Source: Promethearchaeota archaeon
Lineage (GTDB): Archaea; Asgardarchaeota; Lokiarchaeia; Sigyniarchaeales; SOKP01
Length of the DNA: 64,000 nt
Direction of reading: 5' to 3'
Assembly: GCA_048940445.1 (NCBI GenBank)
Contig: JBHLON010000010.1
Coordinates: 139-64,138 of the forward strand
Positions 8,345 to 17,667 of the stretch are shown here, one piece after another. The notes under the pieces were generated by a model that was given only the letters and a program-made list of their open reading frames with translations, ran no database searches and was not told the origin of the DNA. Position 1 is the stretch's first letter; each line of letters starts with the position of its first letter. A program made the position numbers and the translations under genes.

Positions 8345-9117
8345 TTATGCGTAAATCTTTCCGAGATCGTGAGTTCCTTACCGCAATATGGACAATAGTT
8401 TTTACTCTCTGGTTTATTTACATGTGTTTGTCTTTCAAGTTCTGAGCTCGGAGGCCTAAAGATAGAAGATAAAGAGTTTCTTTCATTAAGTGGCAGTCTG
8501 GGTTTAGATTCAATTGTAGATGGTTCTTTTAAAGTGATCCTTCCAGGACTAAATACAGTTTCATTAGCTATTAATTTGTCGGGTACGCCCTCCCCAATCA
8601 TAAGACAAGTCATGATATAAAAGCAATCTCCTACTCCATCGCCAGTTTTAGCCGAAGTTTCCATATAATAAAGGTTAGCATTCCTAGTAAAACGATTAAT
8701 TTCACTAATAGATACAGTTCTTTCGTCTGATAAATCACTTTTATTGCCTACGAGTAATAGAGGGATATTAGCGGCAGTGTTAGCCCGTATTTCTTGGATC
8801 CATCGAGGAAGATGCTCAAAACTAGCATAGTTAGTAAGATCAAAAACTAAAACAGCTCCTAGAGCTCCTCGATAATATATAGGCCTGATTGTACTAAATC
8901 TTTCTTGGCCTCCTGTATCCCATAGTTGCAGTTTGCATCTAATTACACCTTCATATGTGTCTATAGGAATTGTCTTAACATGAAAATCTACGCCAATTGT
9001 CATCTTATAGTCTTCAGTAAATAGGCCAGTTGAAAATCTTACGGTTAATGCTGTCTTACCGACTCCACCATCCCCTATAGCAATTGTCTTAAAAAGATAA
9101 TCATAATTGTCTGCCAT
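8323..9117 (-). CDS. Rab-like small GTPase with C-terminal zinc knuckle
   Basis: 264 aa. G1 GDGGVGKT, switch I TIGVDF, G3 KLQLWDTGGQERF, YYRGALGA, LVFDLT, G4 GNKSD, G5 TSAK. An ~80-aa S/P-rich linker leads to CPYCG-x11-HNC at the C-terminus. There is no CAAX or CC motif. Confidence 0.9.
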   Translation of the reverse strand: MADNYDYLFKTIAIGDGGVGKTALTVRFSTGLFTEDYKMTIGVDFHVKTIPIDTYEGVIRCKLQLWDTGGQERFSTIRPIYYRGALGAVLVFDLTNYASFEHLPRWIQEIRANTAANIPLLLVGNKSDLSDERTVSISEINRFTRNANLYYMETSAKTGDGVGDCFYIMTCLMIGEGVPDKLIANETVFSPGRITLKEPSTIESKPRLPLNERNSLSSIFRPPSSELERQTHVNKPESKNYCPYCGKELTISERFTHNCRKRAA

Positions 9118-9915
9118 TTTTCATCAATATTCTCTAAATGATTGATTCAAATCCTCCTAGAAACATAATATGACTATTGTAATAAATTATATCAAAATAT
9201 TACATATAAAATATTTTTTATATTTTTAAAGAACAAATAGAAATTTAAACTTGATTTTAAATGCAATATCGAAAGATTAAGTAATTCTTATTCTTTTTCC
9301 ACCTTACACTATCTCAAAGATTTCGTTGACTAAAAAACGTTTTCCTATTAATTAAAAGCCTTTAATTATAAATATCTATTTCCTATAATAGCAAAATTGA
9401 AATCTTTGAATTTTCTTGAAATATATGGAATTTTAATATTCTTATTAAGAATGGGATATTATGATAGAAGATAAATATAAAAGAGACAAAAAAAGAAACG
9501 AATATTTATATTATTATTGTGATAATATAAAAGAATGTATAGATAGGAATAGCTTTATCAAGGAAACTCGGAAAAAATTGAAAAAGAAAAAGCTAATTGA
9601 TGTTTACAATTTAATTGAAAAAATTTGATTTTATTACTCAAAATTAGCTAATAATGAAACAATAAACCGAATTTAACTCTCATTTTCTTTATCAAATTAG
9701 TATTATTCTGTCCTATTTTTTATAGTATAAATATCAAAAGAATAATTGAAATATTTATGATTTTCAAGGAATATAATTCATAATAAATATAAAGAAATTC
9801 AGTAAAATTCGTATTTAAAAATTCAAAAATTATAAATAAGTGATTTATTATTATGATTAAAAAGGTGTAGAGAAACAGACTCTTGCCAATATGATTATGA
9901 AATGTGATATAAAAA

Positions 9916-10314
9916 ATGGCAGTTTTTTGTAAAAGATGTGGGAGAGTTTTGAAATCAGCTAGAAGTATTAAATTAGGTTATGGACCCACATGTTATAGAA
10001 TAAAAACATTAAATGAAAATCCTGTTAATATTGAAGAGGAAATTAAATTCTTAAAAATAGAAGTAAAAATGGTAAAAAAAATACTTAAAGAATTAAGATC
10101 TTCTGAGTTTATACCTAACCAAACTTCTCCAATAATAAAGATAAAAAAAGATGAAAGCCTCCCTGAAAGAGAAAACAATAGGGGTCAAATGAGAGAAGTG
10201 ATTCAAGAATTAAAGACTTGTTTTCAAAACTGTAATGGAGATGTAAGAAACCTATTAAAACCAATCCAAATTGAAACAAATCTTAATGAAACGTCTCATT
10301 TGGCAATAGTATAA
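9916..10314 (+). CDS. small protein with N-terminal CxxCGR...GYGPTC motif (DUF6011-like) and coiled-coil region
   Basis: 132 aa. MAVFCKRCGRVLKSARSIKLGYGPTCYRIK matches the C-x2-C-G-R...S...G-x-G-P-x-C pattern I associate with phage-borne DUF6011. The rest of the protein is charged and helical. Confidence 0.5.
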   Translation: MAVFCKRCGRVLKSARSIKLGYGPTCYRIKTLNENPVNIEEEIKFLKIEVKMVKKILKELRSSEFIPNQTSPIIKIKKDESLPERENNRGQMREVIQELKTCFQNCNGDVRNLLKPIQIETNLNETSHLAIV

Positions 10315-10451
10315 TAATTTTTTTTATTATTTTTTTATTTATATTAAAATTAGCTTTTTAGAAATTTTAAATTTAAATATATTTTAATAAGATTACTCGA
10401 TTATTTAGTAAGAAAGCTAAGATTTATAATGATGAAGAAGGGTTATTATCT

Positions 10452-13400
10452 TTGAGAATTTTAGTATTAAGCCACCGGAATCCATTTTTTCCTCCCTATA
10501 TTTTTCAAAAAGTGCCAGAAACAATTGAACGGGACGACCTTAAACAAGTTCCAACATTAATAGAGCTTTATGAAGATGGATTTTTTATCCATATGTTTGG
10601 AACTTTTAAGACAGCTAATCTATTGTTTGATATTCCGAGTAAATATTCAAGAACAAAAAAGGAGCGCCTTTTAATATCAATTATAGTTGACAATAAGAGC
10701 AAAATTAAAGCCACATTAGCTCAAGAGCTTTTAGAGGGTTTCGTTGAAGAATTTAAAAAAATTAAAAAGGTTTACAAAGCATTTTATGTAGACTCTCAAG
10801 TGTATCAAGGAGATCCAGATAAATTAGAAAAAATCAAAACACTTTTAAATACTTTTAACGCAACTTTTCCGGAAGAACAAGTTATATTTGAACAAAAAGA
10901 AGCAAAAGTATTAATATTTGGGCTTTCGCTAGCAGGAAAAACGACTATCATTAGAACAAGAAGAAAAACGGTATCAAAAACGATATTTCCAACTATAAAT
11001 GTAGACATTTCTAGAATCTTAGTAAATAATGTATCGTTATTAACTTATGACACTCCAGGTCAGGTAAAATTTAAGGAAATATGGAAACCGTATTTGAAAG
11101 GGCAAGATGGTCTAATTTTCGTATTAGACGTTTCAGATAATTTAAAGTTTCCGGATGCCCGTAAATTGTTGCATGAAGTAGTAGGTATACCAGAGTTGAG
11201 TGAACTACCTCTTCTTATTCTATTTAATAAGATTGATTTAGAAGAACCAAACGTCAGTGATCTAGTAGAAGCTATGGGATTGGAAAAACTCGAAAAAATG
11301 CCAATGAAGTACTTTTTAACAAGTGGAGTTAATAACATAAATGTTGATGAAGCGTTTAATTGGCTTTCACTTAAAATAGCAGAAAGAGTTGAAACGTATA
11401 CTCCAAGAAGGGAGATAGGGATAATATTTTGTCGATGGGATGAGAATCTAGGAGTTAAGATTGAAGCTGTGTACCCTGAAGATGCTTTCGAGAATCCGGA
11501 ACTGATTTCTGTAAAAAGCTTTTCAATTTCACAATATGTTTTTGGAGGAGAGGAATTTAAGCGAGCCATGGTAATTTTACCTTTTCCTCATTTGAATTCA
11601 AATGCTGCGATTTATTTTGATTCAGTATCTGATGAGAGTATTAGAGGGGGTTTATTACCTTTATCATTAATAATTTATTACAATGATAGGATTCCTAAAA
11701 GCATTATTAACCAATTCAATCATTTCGTTCTCAAACAATTTGAAATTATAAAAAATAATTATTTAAATAATGTCCAGGTATTAGAACTTCTTAAAGAAAC
11801 TCATAGTACCATAATTCATCAAATTGATGCGTATAAACCCTCAATTGAAGCGCTCAAGATTGCAGAATTACGATATGAGGTTTTATTCAAAGCAGCTCGA
11901 GACGCGATTTTAATAATTGATAAAAAATCGGGGATTATAATAGATGCAAATAAGCAAGCAGAAGAATTATTCCAACGCCCTTTTGAGGATTGTATTGGAT
12001 ACCATTCAAGCCAATTATTAAGTGATATTATTAACATCGATTTTAATGAGGAAATATTTGATGAACTTAACAATCCATTTCCTTTAAGATTAGACGTTGT
12101 TGATAATTCAGGCAACCTTATTCCTGTTGAAATAAGTGTAAGTGAAGTCCAAATGGGAGGGCAAGTCTTTATTCAATACATAATTCGAGACATTAGTAAA
12201 AGAATGGAAGCTGAAATTAAATTAAAGAATTCTGAAATTAGGTATCGTCATCTTTTTAAAGATTCACCTTTCTTTATACTTTTAATTGATCCAAATGGTT
12301 CAATTGTTGATTGTAATCCTGCTTTAGAAAAAGCTTTAGGATATACAAGAGAAGAGTTAATGGGAAGAAAGTTTGTAGACCTTTCACTTATTCATCAAAA
12401 TTATCTTATAGAGGTTCTTAAAAGATTTAAAAAAGAAGAAAGAAGTAGAATTTTTCCACCATTAGAAATTCAACTTTTTCAAAAAGATGGGAATCTCATT
12501 TGGGTAAATATGCAATCGTCTTTTGTAGAGATTGGGAATGAAACGTTTTACCAAATTATTTGCCATGATGTAACAGAACAGAAAAGAACAGAACAGGATC
12601 TCAAGAAAATTTCTAAATTACAAGCTATAATTGCGAGAATTATTTCAAGATTTGTTGGTATAAAAGATTTCAATCAAGCTATTAATGATTCTCTTAGAGA
12701 ATTTGGAGAACTAATTAATGCAGCACGAGCTTATATTTACATTTTTAGTAATACGTATAATTTCATGAAGAGACATTATTTATGGTATGGTAAATTGCTT
12801 TATCCCCAAATTGAATTACCTCAATTTATATCAATCAACAACTTTCCATGGGTAATTGAGAAATTAGATACTTCTGAATATTTTTATGTTAATGATATTA
12901 CTATCCTTCCTGATCAGGCAAAAAATTTCAAAATATTTCTTGGAGATCAAAAAATTGAAAACTTTTTGCTATTTTCAATAAGAATTGATGACCATTTAGA
13001 AGGTATAATGTGTTTTGACAATCTTTCAGAAAAAGACTATTGGAATGAAGAAAATCTTGAAATATTGGGAATTTTTTCTGATATCCTTAAAAATGCAATA
13101 TTGCGTAAGTTAGCAGAAGACAATTTGCGTATTAGTGAAGAATCTTTTCATGATGAGTTTGATAGAGAATACTTTTATAAAGAGCTCTTTGTAAATGATA
13201 TGAATAATATCATTAGAAATCTTCAATCATCAATAGATGATTATATCAAACCAATTAATCAGATAGCTACAAAGCTACCAAATGAACTATTAGATAATGT
13301 GAAAAGTCAATGTATAAACGCACAACTCTTAATCTACATAATACAAAAATTAACGTTGCTTAACGAAACTAAAATTGTAATTGAAAAGGTAGATCTAAAT

Positions 13401-13823
13401 AGAGTGATTGATGATGTCATAGATTTCATTACCAGTACCTATACTAACAAAAAAATAAATATACTTGTTGAACATCCAAATGAGCATTTATACGTAAAGG
13501 CTGATAAGTTCCTAATAGATATTTTTGTTAATTTACTTATTAGCTCGATTAGATATAGCAAAAAACCTTCAATTGAATTTAAAATTGTTATCAATAGAAG
13601 TCAAGAAAATAACATAAATTATGTTAAAATTAAATTCATAGATTATAAGAAAGAGATATTAAATGTAGAGAAAAACTTGATTTTTAAGAAAGAAATAAAA
13701 TATGACAGCAAAATTAAAGAAATAATTTTAGGTTTTCTCTTAGTTGAACGCATCTTAAATAATTATAAAGGGAGAATATGGGTAGAGAACTACAATTTTG
13801 TCATTTCAATTCCTGAAGCATAA
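10452..13823 (+). CDS. multidomain Arf-like GTPase / PAS-PAS-GAF / degenerate histidine-kinase fusion protein
   Basis: 1123 aa with a TTG start. The Arf/Arl-type motifs are GLSLAGKTT, PTINV, YDTPGQ, FNKIDL and NWLSLKI (aa ~150-310). PAS-like segments start at LRYEVLFKAARDAILIID and IRYRHLFKDSPFFILLIDPNG. A GAF-like segment spans aa ~720-885. The C-terminal HK-like core has N-box VNLLISSIRYS but no H-box His and no DxGxG. Confidence 0.85.
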   Translation: MRILVLSHRNPFFPPYIFQKVPETIERDDLKQVPTLIELYEDGFFIHMFGTFKTANLLFDIPSKYSRTKKERLLISIIVDNKSKIKATLAQELLEGFVEEFKKIKKVYKAFYVDSQVYQGDPDKLEKIKTLLNTFNATFPEEQVIFEQKEAKVLIFGLSLAGKTTIIRTRRKTVSKTIFPTINVDISRILVNNVSLLTYDTPGQVKFKEIWKPYLKGQDGLIFVLDVSDNLKFPDARKLLHEVVGIPELSELPLLILFNKIDLEEPNVSDLVEAMGLEKLEKMPMKYFLTSGVNNINVDEAFNWLSLKIAERVETYTPRREIGIIFCRWDENLGVKIEAVYPEDAFENPELISVKSFSISQYVFGGEEFKRAMVILPFPHLNSNAAIYFDSVSDESIRGGLLPLSLIIYYNDRIPKSIINQFNHFVLKQFEIIKNNYLNNVQVLELLKETHSTIIHQIDAYKPSIEALKIAELRYEVLFKAARDAILIIDKKSGIIIDANKQAEELFQRPFEDCIGYHSSQLLSDIINIDFNEEIFDELNNPFPLRLDVVDNSGNLIPVEISVSEVQMGGQVFIQYIIRDISKRMEAEIKLKNSEIRYRHLFKDSPFFILLIDPNGSIVDCNPALEKALGYTREELMGRKFVDLSLIHQNYLIEVLKRFKKEERSRIFPPLEIQLFQKDGNLIWVNMQSSFVEIGNETFYQIICHDVTEQKRTEQDLKKISKLQAIIARIISRFVGIKDFNQAINDSLREFGELINAARAYIYIFSNTYNFMKRHYLWYGKLLYPQIELPQFISINNFPWVIEKLDTSEYFYVNDITILPDQAKNFKIFLGDQKIENFLLFSIRIDDHLEGIMCFDNLSEKDYWNEENLEILGIFSDILKNAILRKLAEDNLRISEESFHDEFDREYFYKELFVNDMNNIIRNLQSSIDDYIKPINQIATKLPNELLDNVKSQCINAQLLIYIIQKLTLLNETKIVIEKVDLNRVIDDVIDFITSTYTNKKINILVEHPNEHLYVKADKFLIDIFVNLLISSIRYSKKPSIEFKIVINRSQENNINYVKIKFIDYKKEILNVEKNLIFKKEIKYDSKIKEIILGFLLVERILNNYKGRIWVENYNFVISIPEA

Positions 13824-13897
13824 AAAATTAAAAAAGAATTAAAAAATTTTTTATGGATTAATTATTTTATTCGGAAGTTTAATTTAATTGTTAAAAT

Positions 13898-14728
13898 TTA
13901 TTCTTTCAAGAAATTCATGATAGCATCGTTTACTTCAGGTGTTCTAGTCATCGGAGCATAATGAGCTGCTTTCTCGATAACAATAAGAGAGCTACTAGGA
14001 ATTTTCTGGTTCATCTCTTCCATCGTTACCTTCGGAGTTAACCTATCATGAGAAGCTGCTATAAGAAGCGTTTGACTTTTTATATCTTTCAATCTGTTGT
14101 AAGTATTATGTGTTTTAAGTGCTTCCCCTTGATTTTTGATATCCTCAGTGGTAGCTGGATCTGTACTTAGGAATTTAATAAAATCTTCAGCTGACCAAAT
14201 TCCAAAAAATTTCTTTTTTGGATCTTTTTCCATCTCTTTTCTATAAGTGGAAAAGAAGTTAGTCCGTGCAGTTTCCCAGAATGCTTTCTCAGGCCCTACT
14301 TCCAGTTCATAGAGGCGCATTTTTTTATATATCTCTGGACCTTCTTCTGTTGGGTATCCTGGTACTGTACAAATGAGAACAAGCTTAGCCACTTTTTCTG
14401 GATATTTTAACACAAAATTTTGAGCAATCATTCCTCCAAGACTCCATCCAATAACATGAGTCTTGGATATCTTTAAATTATCGAGTAAATTTGCCGTATC
14501 ATCAGCAAAAATTTCCATAGTCGTTCCTGCTGGACGATTACTTTTTCCAGATCCTCTGTTATCAAATCTAATGACTTTAAAATGTTTAGATAATTCATCC
14601 ACTTGACACATCCATACTTCCTTCTTAACCCCAAATCCATGTATTAAGAGTACTGGATATGCATCTTCCTTTCCGAGGATTTCGTAGCATAGTTTAATAT
14701 TTCCAATTTGTGCATATTTTTCAGTCAT
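13898..14728 (-). CDS. alpha/beta-fold hydrolase
   Basis: 276 aa. HGFG oxyanion motif, nucleophile elbow GWSLGG, and a C-terminal AAHYAP His motif. Confidence 0.8.
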   Translation of the reverse strand: MTEKYAQIGNIKLCYEILGKEDAYPVLLIHGFGVKKEVWMCQVDELSKHFKVIRFDNRGSGKSNRPAGTTMEIFADDTANLLDNLKISKTHVIGWSLGGMIAQNFVLKYPEKVAKLVLICTVPGYPTEEGPEIYKKMRLYELEVGPEKAFWETARTNFFSTYRKEMEKDPKKKFFGIWSAEDFIKFLSTDPATTEDIKNQGEALKTHNTYNRLKDIKSQTLLIAASHDRLTPKVTMEEMNQKIPSSSLIVIEKAAHYAPMTRTPEVNDAIMNFLKE

Positions 14729-15007
14729 AAAATCAACTTAGAACTTATAATTTAAATAGATTTATTTTTTTTCACATTTACTTTTAGTGTTTTTAGTCTA
14801 ATTATTGAAATTTTAGATGTCGATAGAGTGTAGTGAATATTACTTTTCTCCCATCTAGTTGAAGAATATATCTTCATATCATTATTTCTTACTCTATTGA
14901 ATGTGAAGAAGATAAGATTAAGTAAGTATTTCATCTCTTTTTTGTACGACTTAGAGTGAACATGCATTTTTATCAACACCGATTTCTATACAATCTTGTG
15001 ATTCAAG

Positions 15008-15682
15008 ATGAATAAGTTAAATTTAGAAGATTTGGAAGAAACTATAAGAAATCAAAACGAATATCAGCAACTAAAGAAAAAAAATAAATTAATAGGCGGA
15101 ATTTTGGCTCCTCCGGTTTTGATGTTAGTCATGTATCTCATTTATAATGTATTTGGTATAATTTTTGGGCCAGAACTTGGTTGGTATTTAGGATTATTCG
15201 CCTATTGGATGCTTTGTGGATTAATCTATTCTACATGGCTTATTGGAATTGGAAAGATTAAGAAATTAATTACTCCGCGAAAAATCAAACTGAAAATAAT
15301 TCCTGCCATTACATTTCCAATAATAATGGCATTAATTTTCAGGGTTTTTTTGGGGGTTAAATTCAATAAAATTAGTATAGTTGGAGCAATCCTTTTAGTT
15401 ATAACTGCATTTGGAAATGGAACTTTTGAAGAAATTTTGTGGTGAGGCGTATACATGGAATTATATTCTAAAAATTATTTTTTAAGAATTATCTATCCCA
15501 CTATTTGGTATGCTGTGTTTCATTTTGCATCGGGTTCTATCTCTCCAAATTCTAATGTTTTGAGTTTAGTTATTGGATCAGCATTTTTTGGAATATATCT
15601 TGCTCTATTAGCTAAATGGTCTAATACAATTTGGTGGAGTATGCTTTCCCATATTCTAGGTGCTTTTGTCATGATCACATAA
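15008..15682 (+). pseudogene. CPBP (CAAX protease/Abi) family intramembrane protease gene interrupted by one in-frame TGA
   Basis: ORFs 15008-15445 and 15455-15682 are in the same frame. The read-through is FEEILW-TGA-GVY, where the family motif is EExxxRG. The downstream motifs FHFASG and SHILGAF are present. Confidence 0.6.
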
Positions 15683-15958
15683 ACTTTACTTTAAGAAGTC
15701 ATGACTAAATAAAAACCTAAATTTAGAATCTAATAAATCATTAGTACTAGATGAGCAAATTCGGGCTGATAATAAGAAAAAAATGATTTCATTTAATAAG
15801 AGGGCGTTTCTGTTTATGCAAAGTTCATTAAAGATCCTAAGGATAAATGTTTTGCAAATTCCGAAAACGGTAATAATACAGTATATACTCAAGTGATTAA
15901 TTTATAAAACAGTTTGAGATCTATAAATTTGTTATTTTAATCATTTTATTAAAAGTAT

Positions 15959-16549
15959 TTATTTATCTCGAACACCTATTTTTTCACCAATTGGACAAGT
16001 GTATTTTGCTTGGCAGTGTAAACATGCTATTTTAGGGAAAATAACAAAGAAACGAAATGCTAACAAGCCTAAAACTGTGAGAAACATTATCAGTAGGATG
16101 AAAGAGAAATTTATAATTAATGCAGGGATTGAGGCTACAATTGGGAAGAATAAAGTAGCCATATAAATATTATTGTAGCAAAATAATCCATCTGCTCTTT
16201 TCGGAAAATCTTCCGGATTTCCTTCCTTTGATAACTTTTTTGAGATTTTATTTAAACCAGACACACAACATGAATTTTCTATTCTGTAATATACACAGTT
16301 TGGGCATACCGTCAATGGCATTAGAATATACATCTGTAGAAAAGCAAAAATAATGTATATTACGCCAATTAAATATCCCAACCATAAAAATGCGTACCCG
16401 ATGATTAATCCAAGCCCTCCTATTATGAAATGTAAAATTGTCGAAGCCTCATAAATGAAAACTCTAAAGACGGAATATTTTTGATACAATTTCGCTTTTG
16501 GTTTTATCTCTTTAACTTTTAATAAAGTTTTATTACTTTTTTCTCTCAT
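15959..16549 (-). CDS. Cys-rich multi-pass membrane protein
   Basis: 196 aa with four or more hydrophobic helices. It carries the cysteine motifs CPNCVYY, CCVSG and CLHCQAKYTCP. I recognise no family. Confidence 0.5.
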   Translation of the reverse strand: MREKSNKTLLKVKEIKPKAKLYQKYSVFRVFIYEASTILHFIIGGLGLIIGYAFLWLGYLIGVIYIIFAFLQMYILMPLTVCPNCVYYRIENSCCVSGLNKISKKLSKEGNPEDFPKRADGLFCYNNIYMATLFFPIVASIPALIINFSFILLIMFLTVLGLLAFRFFVIFPKIACLHCQAKYTCPIGEKIGVRDK

Positions 16550-16681
16550 TTAATGATTCGACCTTTTCTATAGCGTTCAAATTTTCATTAAAGTATTATT
16601 ATTTTTAATTATAAGTGCTAAATTTGCATAGAATATCTTTAAAGAAGATGTTTCCGTTATAAGAGAAAAGAATATGCATTT

Positions 16682-17434
16682 TTATCGCTTTTCCTTCTTA
16701 CTTTCTTCAAGACTTTCTGGAGGCCAACCTCTTGGGGTTTTGTAATTCTTGATGAATCGAAAGTCACAGAGGTTAGCCCCATTTGCTATGGTTTTTGTTC
16801 TTTTAAATCCTACTCCAATAGCTTTCATTCTTGCATAGTCACATAAACATGCATATGGAGCAATATCCTCAACGCCCTCATTCTTTATGAGTTTAATCCA
16901 ACCACACTCAGTGAAGTTAAAACCATAATCAAACATTTTCCCATCACCATCGATAAATTCACCAACCCAATTTTCAGGATATTCTCGTTTTTGACTCTCC
17001 TTTAACCATATCTTCCAAGAGTTTTTCATCTTTTCAGAGAAAACAGCTCTCCTATATAACCATTTTTTAATTGAAGGAATAGATTTGGCAAATTTATCGG
17101 CTATTTCATAAATAAGCTTGCCAATTTCTCGATTAGATAACTTGAGAAGTCTAGTTGCCCTGTAAAGTGCAATTGTTTCCGCTGACTGTATCATAAAAGA
17201 AGTAAATGGCCCCTTATCACCGCCTACATAAGGAAGTTTTGAAAGAAGGCTTTCAAATTCTATACATGCGTTTTCTTCAATGGAATCAAGAATTGATGGA
17301 TTGTAAGTTTGTGAGAGAACGGATTTTGCTGCTTTCATTAATGAAATAAACTGTTTGAATATCGAATTTTTGTTTTTCATGTAATAATTCTCAACATAGA
17401 TAGAAATATCAATTCGTTCGTTCAGATTAAGCAA
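16682..17434 (-). CDS. L-2-amino-thiazoline-4-carboxylic acid hydrolase-like protein
   Basis: 250 aa. The C-terminal pattern PYACLCDYARMKAIGVGFKRTKTIANGANLCDFRF resembles the ATC hydrolase family as I recall it. Confidence 0.5.
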   Translation of the reverse strand: MLNLNERIDISIYVENYYMKNKNSIFKQFISLMKAAKSVLSQTYNPSILDSIEENACIEFESLLSKLPYVGGDKGPFTSFMIQSAETIALYRATRLLKLSNREIGKLIYEIADKFAKSIPSIKKWLYRRAVFSEKMKNSWKIWLKESQKREYPENWVGEFIDGDGKMFDYGFNFTECGWIKLIKNEGVEDIAPYACLCDYARMKAIGVGFKRTKTIANGANLCDFRFIKNYKTPRGWPPESLEESKKEKR

Positions 17435-17667
17435 CTCTAAATTAATTAAATTTGATCATAATTTAAGTACATTATTTTAAAAGTTTTATTAATCAGAAAA
17501 AGAAATTTTATAATCGGAAAATATTTTTAAATTAAAAATTAAGATTAGCTAGAATATGGTTTGAAATTATAATTATAAAGAAATAGATCTAATTTAATAC
17601 TATCTATCTTTTTATATAAAATATCCGCTACAAAAAATTAAAATTGAGAAGTATTGAGTAGATTTGT

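Noticed and set aside
9461-9628. 55-codon ORF (MIEDKYKRDKKRNEYLYYYCDN...) in the 800-bp gap
   Set aside because: It has no SD-like motif, a highly basic low-complexity translation and a length below the track threshold, so I cannot distinguish it from chance.
10805-12115. Antisense ORFs 10805-11008, 11060-11569 and 11819-12115 inside the GTPase-kinase fusion gene
   Set aside because: They lie opposite a gene with clear domain motifs. Their S/I/L/N-rich translations are typical of shadow frames in AT-rich coding DNA, and they carry no motifs.
15443-15445. TGA in the CPBP gene read as selenocysteine or another programmed recoding event
   Set aside because: The position corresponds to a conserved Arg, not a redox Cys. 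I saw no obvious stem-loop of SECIS type nearby, so a nonsense mutation or sequencing error is more parsimonious.
14752-15892. ORFs 14752-14979 and 15686-15892 (75 and 68 aa, minus strand), plus 15226-15456 antisense to the CPBP gene
   Set aside because: Their K/I/N/S-rich composition matches what random AT-rich sequence would give. They have no SD, no motif and no hydrophobic organisation.
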